In this document: piece after piece, positions 39,873 to 50,118 of the stretch
Position numbering within the stretch: position 1 is the first letter of the stretch
Layout: each line of letters starts with the position of its first letter
DNA from: Candidatus Culexmicrobium cathedralense
Lineage (GTDB): Archaea; Thermoproteota; Methanomethylicia; Culexarchaeales; Culexmicrobiaceae
NCBI GenBank assembly: GCA_025061115.1
Contig: JANZKC010000001.1
Span: 1 to 64,000 of the forward strand
Length of the DNA stretch: 64,000 nucleotides
Direction: 5' to 3'
Notes under the pieces: model-generated
What the model was told of the DNA's origin: nothing
The model's database searches: none
Seen by the model: the letters and a program-made list of their open reading frames with translations, nothing else
Made by a program: the position numbers and the translations under genes

Positions 39873-40625
39873 TTAGCTTATTCTTTTTATTAGTGTTTTT
39901 TCGTGTATTTTTATTGCAGTGATTAGGAATGTTATTGTGAAGATTATAAGGGCTGTGTAGTTTATTATGGGTGGGTAGTAGCCTTTGTTTAGGATTAGTT
40001 GTCTTGTTAGGTCTGTGTAGTAGGTAAGGGGTGAAAGTGAGGCTATTATTCTTGCCCATGGTGGTAGTTTTTCTATTGGGATGAATATTCCGCTTATGAA
40101 TATTAGTGGGAATTTTATGAGGGTTGAGATCATCATTATGGTTGCTGGTATGTCTGTTGGTGGGTATGATGATAGGAGTATGCTTAGTGCTGAGAAGCAT
40201 AGTGTTGCTAGGGTTAGGCTGAAGAGTAGTGATATGAAGTTTATGGGGTTTATGTTTAGGGTTAATGTTAGGGTTGTTGGTATTAGTGTTATTAGGAATC
40301 CGAAGATGAATGATGATAGCATGTCTCCCAGTAGGATTGCCCATAGGGTTATTGGGCAGCATAGGAGTCTTTCAAGTGTTTTTGATCTTGCTTCCCATGG
40401 TATTATGGATGGTCCTACTGATGTTGCTGTGAAGAAGGCTGTCATGCTTATTAGTTTTGATAGCATTTCTTTTATGGGCATTTCTCTTCCTATTGTGTAG
40501 GCTAGGAATAGGAAGAGTGGGAGAATTAGGCCGAATATTACTACTGGTCCCTTTGAGTAGTAAATTTTTATGTCTTTCTTCGCTATTGTCATGGAGCGTT
40601 TAACTTGTTTGAGTATATGATTCAT
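39873..40625 (-). CDS. ABC-2 type exporter permease
   Basis: TLERLLCCP, FISGIFIPIEKLP, SPLTY; about 6 TM segments. Confidence 0.9.
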   Translation of the reverse strand: MNHILKQVKRSMTIAKKDIKIYYSKGPVVIFGLILPLFLFLAYTIGREMPIKEMLSKLISMTAFFTATSVGPSIIPWEARSKTLERLLCCPITLWAILLGDMLSSFIFGFLITLIPTTLTLTLNINPINFISLLFSLTLATLCFSALSILLSSYPPTDIPATIMMISTLIKFPLIFISGIFIPIEKLPPWARIIASLSPLTYYTDLTRQLILNKGYYPPIINYTALIIFTITFLITAIKIHEKTLIKRIS

Positions 40626-41560
40626 TTCTCCATGTCCTCCTGTCCTTTTATTAATTTCATGTAGACTTCTTCTAGAGATGGCATCATGGTGTTTAGGCTT
40701 AATACTTCTAGGTTGTTTTTCCTTGAAAAGTCTACTATGAATTCAATTACTTTGCTTGGAGTGTTTGTGTAGAGTCTAATTTTGTTGCCAGAGTACATGA
40801 TTTTTGCCACATAACTGTTGGTGGAGAGTTCAGCTACTTTGATGGGCTTGTTGAATAGGACTTCTATGTATTGGAGTTCACTGTACTTCATTCTCAGTCT
40901 TTCAGGTGTGTCTATGGCTGCTATTACTCCATGGTTTATTATTGCTATTCTATGGCATAGTTGGTTTGCCTCCTCCATGTTGTGTGTTGAGAGGAATACT
41001 GTTTTTCCCTCTCTACCGTACTGTTGAATCATTTCTCTAACTTTTCTTGCACTTTCAACGTCTAGGCCTGATGTGGGTTCGTCGAGGAATAGTATGTCTG
41101 GATCATTTATCAGTGCCATGCATAGGAGGAGTCTCTGCCTCATCCCCTTTGAGAATCCTCTTACAAGTCTATTTCTAACCTTGTATAGTTCGAGTTCTTT
41201 TAGGAGTTTAATTGCCCTTGCTGTACGCTCTTCCTTGGGTATGCCGTTGAGTTCTCCGATTAGCATTAAGTTTTCCCATGCAGTTAAGTCTACATATGCA
41301 TTTGATACTTCGGGGACAACTCCTATGCGCTGCTTAACCTTGACCGGTTCTTCTAGAACATTGTAGCCTGCCACAATTGCCTTTCCCTCATCTGGCTTTA
41401 GGATTCCAGTTAGAATTCTTATGGTGGTTGTTTTTCCAGCTCCATTTGGACCTAGGAAGCCAAATATTTCTCCCCTCTTCACCTTGAAGCTTATGTGGTT
41501 TACTGCTATTACTCCATTGAATTTTTTGGTTAGGTTTTCAACTTCTATGGTGTAGGTCAT
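40622..41560 (-). CDS. ABC exporter ATP-binding protein (DrrA-like)
   Basis: GPNGAGKTT, FSKGMRQR, LDEPTSGLD, STHNMEEA. Confidence 0.93.
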   Translation of the reverse strand: MTYTIEVENLTKKFNGVIAVNHISFKVKRGEIFGFLGPNGAGKTTTIRILTGILKPDEGKAIVAGYNVLEEPVKVKQRIGVVPEVSNAYVDLTAWENLMLIGELNGIPKEERTARAIKLLKELELYKVRNRLVRGFSKGMRQRLLLCMALINDPDILFLDEPTSGLDVESARKVREMIQQYGREGKTVFLSTHNMEEANQLCHRIAIINHGVIAAIDTPERLRMKYSELQYIEVLFNKPIKVAELSTNSYVAKIMYSGNKIRLYTNTPSKVIEFIVDFSRKNNLEVLSLNTMMPSLEEVYMKLIKGQEDMEK

Positions 41561-41896
41561 CTATAAGTCCTCTAGGAAGTTTATCTTTATCCCCTTAATT
41601 TTCAGCCTCCACACCTTTTCAGGCGCTCCTTTGCCAGCCTCTCTATACTCAGCGAGTTCTATTATTCCTGCATCCCTCAACTCTGAAAGATGGTAGTAGA
41701 GGGCTGATTTTGAAATATCTTCACCTATATTCTTTAATGAATTGAAAATTTCATTTGTAGTTAACTCTCCACTTGTTAGTGACTTAATTATTATCCATCT
41801 AATTGGGCAGTGGAGGGCTTTAAAAATTTTTAGAGTTTCTTGCAGCTTCTCTTGTTTAATTAGATTCATACCATGATTGCATTCATTTCTGCACAT
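41561..41896 (-). CDS. ArsR/SmtB-like winged-helix regulator
   Basis: FKAL..PIR..I...L, SKSALYYHLSELRDAGII; Cys/His-rich N-terminus. Confidence 0.8.
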   Translation of the reverse strand: MCRNECNHGMNLIKQEKLQETLKIFKALHCPIRWIIIKSLTSGELTTNEIFNSLKNIGEDISKSALYYHLSELRDAGIIELAEYREAGKGAPEKVWRLKIKGIKINFLEDL

Positions 41897-41919
41897 TATA
41901 ATTCACTTATTATTGAAAT

Positions 41920-42075
41920 TTATTTTAAGTGTTTTTCCAAGCTTTCTAGTTCAGCTTTTGCCTCTTCAATTTTCCCTTGATCTAATAGTTTGCGGGCAGC
42001 CTCTATATGCTTCTTTACACAACTCCTTAAGTCATCTTTATATTCACATTCCGTACAGGCAGTTTCGCGACACAT
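41920..42075 (-). CDS. Small Cys-rich protein (51 aa), missed by the ORF track
   Basis: MCRETACTECEYKDDLRSCVKKHIEAARKLLDQGKIEEAKAELESLEKHLK*; GAGGTGA RBS; BRE/TATA upstream. Confidence 0.75.
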   Translation of the reverse strand: MCRETACTECEYKDDLRSCVKKHIEAARKLLDQGKIEEAKAELESLEKHLK

Positions 42076-42098
42076 GGTTATCACCTCAAAACTTCTGT

Positions 42099-42124
42099 AA
42101 TATTACAAAATTTTTTGTAATATT
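42099..42124. promoter_or_regulatory. 12-2-12 inverted repeat operator overlapping the minus-strand TATA box
   Basis: AATATTACAAAA-TT-TTTTGTAATATT; TTTAAATA TATA at 42121-42128 (minus) with an A-rich BRE. Confidence 0.7.
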
Positions 42125-42658
42125 TAAACTTTTTTGAGTGCCCTTGAGTTTGTTAGGCGTGTCCAGAGTGGTTAGGGTTTTCTAGGAGGGAACTTTGCAT
42201 GCTACTTGAACAATTTTCTGCGAATATAAGGTGCTTTTACTTGGTTCTCGCATGGTTTCTCTTAATAATCTAGATTTTTGCATTGTTAATCTGGGCGAAT
42301 TGGATATTTTAAGAGGTAGGATGCTGAAAATATGATGATCGATATTATGAGAGCTGCAATTCCTATAGAGAACATTATTGTAAACCATTTTCTAACTTGA
42401 TGCTTATTTCAACTTACTTTGGCTTTACCTCATTTATTGCTAAGCCTTCTTTGGCCTGCTCATGAGGAATCCTCATTATAAGAGTTAGCAACATAGTCTA
42501 TGGAAACAGGAGGAGTATGAATTAGAATTGCATGTTAAAGGAACGAGTTAGAGGAGGCACTCTACTAAAATTACATTTATTAAAAGATTTTGAGTTTAAC
42601 ATAGAAATATATGAAAAATATTTAGTCGTTATGTTTAAATTTTATCTTAATCTAAGTT

Positions 42659-42835
42659 GTGAAGGGATATAAGATTCCATGTCCTTGGCTTAAGAAGGAA
42701 GGCGATAAATATTATTGTACAGCTTCAACTCCTCCAATAGAGGTTGATATTAGGAAGGAGATTTGCAAACTTCCGCAATCACCATTTGATCCGACTAGAC
42801 CTTACTCCATGTGTAGAAGATGGAGACCTCCATGA
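42659..42835 (+). pseudogene. Frameshifted small four-Cys (Zn-binding-like) protein
   Basis: MKGYKIPCPWLKKEGDKYYCTA / frameshift / PPPIEVDIRKEICKLPQSPFDPTRPYSMCRRWRPP*. Confidence 0.45.
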
Positions 42836-42957
42836 CAATAGTTTCAATAACAAAATATTGCAATAGCCATCAAAATCAAAATTTCATCATTTTTATTATA
42901 TACATATAATTTCAAATCTTAATTAAATTTTATGCACATTTTTAATAATAAAGTTAT

Positions 42958-43780
42958 TTAGGAAGGGGTTAACAAATCGGGAGTGTTCAAGGGGGCTATG
43001 AGATTGACCCCAACTATGGGCAGCCTTGAAAGAACTGTAGCATTGATTGATCCTACTCGCTTAGCCATTTTTAAGCCTAGGATGTAAGAGGGTGTCAATT
43101 TTTCTTGGTCCGACGCAAAACTTGATGTAGAACCAGTAGGAGAGAAATCTTCCAATAAATGGGTCGTCGAGAGCATCAAAGGCGGCTACAATTACAAACC
43201 TACTCAAATTCTTACCGATATACTCATACTCCGCCTCCTCAACGGTCACAATACCTTCATCACTCTTTGATAACTCTCTCCATCTCTCCTCTCTTAATGA
43301 AATTGTGAGATATACACATGCAAAACCAATGAGAGAGATGATGAAGACTGGCTGGTAGGAGCTTATAATGCTGGTGAAATCTGTCGTCTTCTCAGATAGC
43401 ATTGCCTGCTCAGATGGGCTGCTGAGATATACTGAGCCTAATCCTCCAAGAGCACTTGTGATCAAGTGAATTGGTAAATTTCGAGTAGAAGCATATATTG
43501 CCCCTGAAATAGCAATAATGCCGTGTAATAAGAATAGGAAGGGTTTTGTGCCGAATCTATCTGCGTGCATGCCCTCTAATAGACTTCTTATTGCAGCGAT
43601 GAAAGCATATGCGGTGAAGAGAAAATCCATGGTTAGGGGTGGAACACCGAGTTAGCTATGTATATTGTAAAGATAAAGATAATGGATATAAATCGCTAAT
43701 GAAACTTCTAAGACCTCGAGCCAATATCAGTAGCTTCGCATCCCTATCCAGTGAGATAAGCAAAAAGAACTTTGCCCATC
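42958..43780 (-). pseudogene. Degraded MFS transporter
   Basis: SLDRDAKLLILARGLRSF fragment, ADRFG, SEQAMLSE; multiple frameshifts. Confidence 0.7.
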
Positions 43781-43840
43781 GCTATTTTTCCTAAAATTTT
43801 ATTTAAATTAATTATTAAATATTTTATGAAAAGAATTATT

Positions 43841-44506
43841 TTATTTTTCTTTATATATTTTTTCAGCTCTAATGCTTATTGGCAACCCAATTACACTTAA
43901 TATTGTAGCAATGAAGATGTTGTTTATTTTTGGTGCTGAATCAAAAATATCATATATGCCATCTCCGTCAGAATCTAGGGCTTCGATTCTTATCTGTGGA
44001 TTTCTTATTTGTAATTTAAAGCTTGATTCACTTTTTAATAATCCTTTCTGCAATATTTTTACATTTATAGTTAATTGATTTTCATCTTTTAGTAGTTCAG
44101 GTTTTATTATTGTTTTGGGAAGGGATCCTGCGATTTTAAAATACGTGCCTTCAAAGTCTTCTCTTATGGATCTAATTGGTTTACCGTTAAGAATTAGCGT
44201 ATAATTTATTATTGTTGTTCTCCATTCTTCTGTTTCTATTTCAACGAAATATTCGTAGTTGACTTTTATATTTGAATTGCCTATCCAGTTTCTTGGCATT
44301 GTAAATGGTAGTTTGATGCTTATTTCTTCACTCCAAGTTGGTGTGGTTGTGTTTTTCTCAATGTCGTATGTTGGTGGCGATGATGTGAATATGATTATGA
44401 TAGGTTTATTTATTTGCATATACATTGGAATTAGGATTATTAGGCTTGCTACAACAATCCATATGAAGAATGTGATTAAAATTAATTTATTTAGCTTCAT
44501 GAGCAC
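43841..44506 (-). CDS. Hypothetical surface protein (N- and C-terminal TM, DSDGDG Ca-binding-like motif)
   Basis: Hydrophobic termini; LDSDGDGIYDIFD. Confidence 0.65.
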   Translation of the reverse strand: MLMKLNKLILITFFIWIVVASLIILIPMYMQINKPIIIIFTSSPPTYDIEKNTTTPTWSEEISIKLPFTMPRNWIGNSNIKVNYEYFVEIETEEWRTTIINYTLILNGKPIRSIREDFEGTYFKIAGSLPKTIIKPELLKDENQLTINVKILQKGLLKSESSFKLQIRNPQIRIEALDSDGDGIYDIFDSAPKINNIFIATILSVIGLPISIRAEKIYKEK

Positions 44507-45240
44507 TCCCTAAACATTTTTGTTTTGTTTGACATATTTAGTTTTTGGTATATGCGTGATATGAGGTTTCATCTGGGTGCTATTAGTCTCTGCGTTTTGT
44601 TGCTTATTTAATTGATGAAATAATTTTGAATTAATCATAATGCATTTCCAATGTATAGATCTCCAATACCCATTTTCTACCAACTTATTTCCATCCATAA
44701 TTCCCTTTATATGGTTCTTAATGTTGTCGAAAAATTAAATTTGTAACTCAGTTAAAGAGATGGTCAAATATTGTAGATTATGCTTCTTTCATTTGAAAAT
44801 AAGGATCATTTATTGTCAAAGTCAGTACAGTTTCTCATGATTATTTCAAAGTAAAGAATGAATTACTAATTGGAAAGTCCTCTATCAATCCTTACAATTA
44901 TAACTCGGTAATTATAAGTATTTCATCTTCTTATGAAATTATGCAGTGCTGAAACATTTATAACTTCAATGTTTAGGATGACTCTGTTCATGGTTTAAGT
45001 GGTGTTTTAAAGAAGGTGAAAATGTGTTATTATGTCCTCAGATTTTAAGATTACTATTAGTCACGTTAGCTATTATTACGCCTTCTTTTTCACAAAAATT
45101 TCTCCGAGTAGGTTTTAATCCTAGTTATTCTTAAACTTAAACAGTAAAACTAATTAAAATAATCTTGCCCTATGATGGTTAAAGTACTATCTTCACATAA
45201 ATACTGGAAAGTATGTATTAGAACTCTAGGAGGCTTATCC

Positions 45241-45819
45241 TTATTCATTGATTTTTAGGTGGATTGTGTGTTGGATGGTTTGTATTGGTAGGTAGCCTAT
45301 TGGCATTAAAGCGTATATTTTGAATTTTATGGTTATGGGTAAAATATGTTCTTTTGGTGGATTTTCAGATTTAATTAAATATATTTTTAAGAGTATGTGG
45401 TCGTCCATATTCCACCAGTAATTGGTTGGACATTCAATTATAAAGTACACATCATTACATGTTACATCTATTATTTCAATAGTGAAACCTGTTACTATTG
45501 GAAGTGAAATATTTTCAGAAACTTTTCCAAGAACTATTGTATATAAATATAGTGAACCCTGGACAAGTTTAGAGGCATTAATGTAACCTGGATGAATGCC
45601 TAAAATTAACCTTAATGATCCAGCATAAGTATTAATTGTCTTATACTCAAAATACCATGGATAGAAAGAATCCATCTCTGTCAGCTTATTAAAGGTATCC
45701 TTTCCCATAACATTCAAACTTCTGGGAGAATAATATTGCCACAAGAAAAGAAGTATAATAAGAGAAAAAATAAAAATGAGGAGAAAAGACTTAGTATGTC
45801 TCTTCACGTTTTCCACCAC
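45241..45819 (-). CDS. Hypothetical membrane-anchored protein
   Basis: N-terminal TM followed by a beta-rich domain. Confidence 0.6.
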   Translation of the reverse strand: MVENVKRHTKSFLLIFIFSLIILLFLWQYYSPRSLNVMGKDTFNKLTEMDSFYPWYFEYKTINTYAGSLRLILGIHPGYINASKLVQGSLYLYTIVLGKVSENISLPIVTGFTIEIIDVTCNDVYFIIECPTNYWWNMDDHILLKIYLIKSENPPKEHILPITIKFKIYALMPIGYLPIQTIQHTIHLKINE

Positions 45820-46078
45820 TTATCAATACTCATGGCGGTATGATGTTTACGCGGTAAGTGATGTTTTCACCATATTTCTATTTTTAAACTTATTTATAAA
45901 TTTTTATGTAACCCTATTTTTAATTAATTAATTAAAGATAATTTTTATAAATTTTTAAACATAAAAAATTACTTCTCCAGAAAATAGAAGAAGATAATAT
46001 TTTTGATGAGAAACATCTCGAAGAGATAAAGCGGATTGTCGAATGGATAAATAAAATTTCTAAGAGGGAGAAGAAGAA

Positions 46079-46297
46079 ATGAGCTTCGACATTATAAGTA
46101 AACCAGCATATAATCAAGCATTAGAGTATTTAAAGGCTAAAGGCTTTAAATTCGAAATAAAAGAGAACCCACCATACTATACCCTTAAACTTACAGCTCC
46201 AAATGGGGAAATTCACATACAGAAATGTGAGCATAATGCAGGGTATAGTCCAACATTAATTATGGATTTTGTAAAGAATGAAGATGAAATAAAATAG
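46079..46297 (+). CDS. Small hypothetical protein
   Basis: 72-codon ORF with purine-rich RBS-like sequence upstream. Confidence 0.4.
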   Translation: MSFDIISKPAYNQALEYLKAKGFKFEIKENPPYYTLKLTAPNGEIHIQKCEHNAGYSPTLIMDFVKNEDEIK

Positions 46298-46587
46298 TTC
46301 ATAGCTGCCATAAACACCATTATTGATTACAGGCTTCTTAAGAAGAATGGGTGTTAAAGGAAGATTTTTTCCACGGTGTTCTTAGCGTCACTTCAACGGC
46401 TTTTCTTAAATTATTGGAAGAACCTAATAGAGCGTTATGGCTTTTGAATCATTTCTTCTAGGCGTATAATTTATTCTTGATATAGTTTGTTAAAGATTGA
46501 GATGTAGCTCGAAGGAGAAAGGAATTTTGTTTTGCTTTATTGTTTAAGTTATAAAAATTGATTGTATGTTTAAGTAGATTTTATTAT

Positions 46588-47760
46588 TTATTTTTTGGTG
46601 TAGACGATTTGTCCGTCAATTATTACCATTTCCACGTTAGTTTTGATGTCTAGTGGATCTCCATCTAGTATTCTTATGTCGGCGTCTTTGCCTTTTTCTA
46701 TGCTTCCAACTCTATCGGCTACGCCGAGTATTTCAGCTGCATTTATGGTTATGGCTTTTAGCGCTTCTTCGTATGGTAGTCCATGTTTTGCTGCTAGTGC
46801 TGCGCATATTGGTAGGAATGCAATTGTTTGTCCAACTGCGTCTGTTTGTATTGCTAGTTTTACTCCAGCTTCATATAGTATTCTTGGAGTGTTGAAGTTG
46901 AGTTCTCTCATTTCCCATTTTCCTCTGCTTAAGAGGCTTGGACCCCAAACTGCTGGCACACCTTTTTTGGCTATCCATCTTGCTATTCTGTGTCCTTCGG
47001 TTGCATGTTCCCACGATATTTTTACATTGAATTCCTCTGCAATTCTGATTGCAGTTGCAATATCATCTGCTCTGTGGGCGTGTGCTCTAAGTGGAATTTC
47101 GCCTCTTAGAACTTTTTCTAGGGCTTCAAGCTTTAAATCTATGTCAGGCATTTTTGATGGATCATCCTTTGCAAGTTCCTTCTTTCTCATATAATTCCTT
47201 GCGTTCTGTAGCCATTCTCTTATTAGGCCAGCTATCCCCATGCGTGTGCTTGGAGGCTTTTTCAGCTCGAGGCCGTATACTCTTCTTGGATTTTCTCCTA
47301 ATGCAATTTTCATTCCTGAAGGTTCTTTTAGCACCATTTCATCAACCACAATTTTAGGTGCAGTTTTTATGACTACTCCCATTCCACCAATGACATTTGC
47401 GCTTCCCGGCAGTATTTGAACGGTTGTCACTCCTGCTTCTAATGCTGCTTGAAGTCCCTTTTCATCTGCATTTGCCTTTATTGCATCAATTGCTCTTAGG
47501 TGGGGTGTAATTGGATCTGTTGCTTCATTTCCATCGCTTCCAAACCAGCCTACTGTTTCCTCGAATATTCCAATGTGGCAGTGGGCATCAATTAGTCCGG
47601 GCATAACTACTTTATCCTTGGCATCAATAACTTCAGCATTTTCTGGAATCTTTATGTCTACACCTACATCCACAATTTTGCCATTTTCTATAAGGATTGT
47701 ACCTCTCTTGATTACTCCTTTAGTTATGGTTAAAATTTTTCCATCCTTTATGGCTAACAA
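46588..47760 (-). CDS. Amidohydrolase superfamily protein
   Basis: PGLIDAHCH, KIALGENP, HAH, EHATEG, QTD, GSIEKGKDAD. Confidence 0.92.
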   Translation of the reverse strand: MLAIKDGKILTITKGVIKRGTILIENGKIVDVGVDIKIPENAEVIDAKDKVVMPGLIDAHCHIGIFEETVGWFGSDGNEATDPITPHLRAIDAIKANADEKGLQAALEAGVTTVQILPGSANVIGGMGVVIKTAPKIVVDEMVLKEPSGMKIALGENPRRVYGLELKKPPSTRMGIAGLIREWLQNARNYMRKKELAKDDPSKMPDIDLKLEALEKVLRGEIPLRAHAHRADDIATAIRIAEEFNVKISWEHATEGHRIARWIAKKGVPAVWGPSLLSRGKWEMRELNFNTPRILYEAGVKLAIQTDAVGQTIAFLPICAALAAKHGLPYEEALKAITINAAEILGVADRVGSIEKGKDADIRILDGDPLDIKTNVEMVIIDGQIVYTKK

Positions 47761-47934
47761 TTAAAGCCCGCCTCAACATTTATCATAGAATGTATTTAAG
47801 ACTAATTGAAACATTATGAAGATGCATTATTGGTGTACTCAGCATTAGAATTGTAGATGCTGTTCTTGCGTATCAAGTTGCTGCAACTTCCTAACAAGCA
47901 GAGCACTCCACAACTCTTTGCAAATTTTTAATAT

Positions 47935-48222
47935 TCAAACTAATTGCTTCTGCGATTTTAAGCGGATATGAGGAAGCAGCAACTTTAAGTGCTTATACGT
48001 TCCAAGCCACTCATAGCCTCTTTCGGTGATTCTATAATATTTTTTATTGTTTGCCTCATACATGACTATTAATCCGTATTTGGTTAGGTGATTGATTATC
48101 TTTTTACCTCTATCAACGGGAATTTTTGCCAAAAGGCATAGCTCCGTGATTCCTTTGCCGCCCTCCAAGAGTGCGTTAAGAATTGATTCAACAATGTCGT
48201 GCCAACATCTGTTTTTCCTCAT
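47935..48222 (-). CDS. Archaeal winged-helix transcriptional regulator
   Basis: R.W.DIV.SIL...ITEL...YRITERG.EWL. Confidence 0.8.
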   Translation of the reverse strand: MRKNRCWHDIVESILNALLEGGKGITELCLLAKIPVDRGKKIINHLTKYGLIVMYEANNKKYYRITERGYEWLGTYKHLKLLLPHIRLKSQKQLV

Positions 48223-48287
48223 TAACTAACAATTTGTGAGTCTAACTAATAAGATTAATTTAACATGCATTATGCGGAGGTGATTTA

Positions 48288-48926
48288 ATGCAGGAAATTG
48301 AGGAATTGTCAATTGGTGGATCGGCGAAATTTAGGGGACCGGTAAAGTTTAGGAGAATAAGTATTGGTGGAGCAATAAAGATCGAAGGAGATGCTGAGGG
48401 GGATGAACTCTCCATAAGCGGTTCAGGCAGCATTGAAGGTGATCTTAGAGTTAGGGAGCTGCGCGTTTCAGGAAGCATTAAGGTTGCTAAGAACATAGTT
48501 GGCGATGAAATCGGCATATCAGGTAGTGCTTCAATAAGTGGCGAGTTAAAGGGAGTGGAAGTAGAGATGTTTGGAAGCTTGAAGACATCAAAAATACATG
48601 CTAAATTAGCTCATCTTGAAGGAAGCGTTAAAGCTGAAGAAATAGTGGCTGAGCAGGTGTATATAGGTAGGAGGTCAAAGGTTATTGGAACCATAATCGG
48701 ACGTGAAGTAAAGGTGGATAAGGAAGCCGAGGTTGAGGTAATTATCGGTGATGAAGTTAAAATTGGAAAGAAAGCTGAAGCAGAGCTAATTGAAGGTAGA
48801 ATTGTTAGAATTGAGAGAGACGCGGAAATAGGGGAAGTAAGGTACATTGAGGAGGCAGAAATAGATGAGCAAGCGAAAGTTGGCAAGCTAATAAAAATTG
48901 AGCAATTATCAAGAGAAATACCTTAG
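48288..48926 (+). CDS. Bactofilin-like beta-helical polymer-forming protein
   Basis: Repeats of (I/V)SG(S/A)xx(I/V)xG with about 17-aa spacing; GGAGGTGA RBS. Confidence 0.7.
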   Translation: MQEIEELSIGGSAKFRGPVKFRRISIGGAIKIEGDAEGDELSISGSGSIEGDLRVRELRVSGSIKVAKNIVGDEIGISGSASISGELKGVEVEMFGSLKTSKIHAKLAHLEGSVKAEEIVAEQVYIGRRSKVIGTIIGREVKVDKEAEVEVIIGDEVKIGKKAEAELIEGRIVRIERDAEIGEVRYIEEAEIDEQAKVGKLIKIEQLSREIP

Positions 48927-49035
48927 TAAAAGCACTTTCTTTACATTTTTGAATTTAGCTTAAAGGGGATGCTTGTTGAGTTTCATCATTCATGTAATTA
49001 GTTGAAAAGCTTAAGTAGCATTTGGAATTTATCTG

Positions 49036-49962
49036 ATGTCGGCGGGTGTCTTTATGAAGTTGAGAATGAATATCGATAAGCTAGTGAAAGTGTCGGTTAT
49101 AGGTGAAGTTTCAAGTCCAATATCAACTCCATCGCCCTACAAGATATCCGCATTCGGCGAGCCACTAGTGCTGCCTGGTGTTGGTGGAATTAGATATAAT
49201 GTTAGAGTTGGTGATCCGGCTGTTGGATGGATGGCTGATCATGTTGAGCCTGGAGTAAGCATAAAGAACTTCACGACATATCCAGGTGCATCTGCAGCCT
49301 CCCCAAATCTTGCCTTAAACCTTTTGGCTTGCATTGGAAATGAAGCGAAAGTTGTCAGTGGAGATGCTAAGGGAAGTAAAGGTGTAGTTGTTGGGAAGCA
49401 TGGTGGAATAGAGCATGTAATGGTTGATTTTCCACCGGATGTTCTGGAAAAACTAGTTATTGGAGATAAAGTGTTGGTCAAAGCATTTGGAGTGGGTTTA
49501 CGGTTATTGGACTACCATCCTGACATTAAAGTTATGAATATTGATCCAAGCTTACTGGAAAAAATCGACATTAAACAGGTAGAAGATAAGCTTGAAGTCC
49601 CCGTAACCCACCTAGTACCAGCATCAATTATGGGCTCAGGGATCGGAGCAAACCACGTCTATCGGGGAGACTACGACATACAATTATTTGACGAGGAGAC
49701 AAGGAAGGAATACGGACTAGATGATCTGCGCCTTGGAGACCTAGTAGCCATACTCGATGCAGATCACAGTTACGGCAGAATATATAGGAAAGGCGCAATC
49801 TCCATTGGAGTTGTAGTCCACACAGACTGCATAACTGCTGGCCACGGTCCAGGAGTAACAACAATAATGACTTCAAGCAATGGTAAAATAATTCCAAGAA
49901 TTGATCCGAAAGCCAACATAGCATACTACCTAAACTTGAGACCAGACATATTCAAGCAGTAG
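49036..49962 (+). CDS. DUF4438-family protein
   Basis: PGVGGIRYNVRVGD, DHVEPGVS, GKHGGIEHV, GDYDI, GHGPGVT. Confidence 0.8.
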   Translation: MSAGVFMKLRMNIDKLVKVSVIGEVSSPISTPSPYKISAFGEPLVLPGVGGIRYNVRVGDPAVGWMADHVEPGVSIKNFTTYPGASAASPNLALNLLACIGNEAKVVSGDAKGSKGVVVGKHGGIEHVMVDFPPDVLEKLVIGDKVLVKAFGVGLRLLDYHPDIKVMNIDPSLLEKIDIKQVEDKLEVPVTHLVPASIMGSGIGANHVYRGDYDIQLFDEETRKEYGLDDLRLGDLVAILDADHSYGRIYRKGAISIGVVVHTDCITAGHGPGVTTIMTSSNGKIIPRIDPKANIAYYLNLRPDIFKQ

Positions 49963-50118
49963 CTACCAATCATCATTACTTCCCCTGTAAATTCTTTTTA
50001 GCATTTTCAACTTGAACTCAAGTTGTTATTCGGATTTATTTGAAGCATAGATTCCAAAGAGCATGGCACTCGTTTGATTTAAATGATTGCTGTTATGATA
50101 TTTGTTTGGTGGTTGCTT

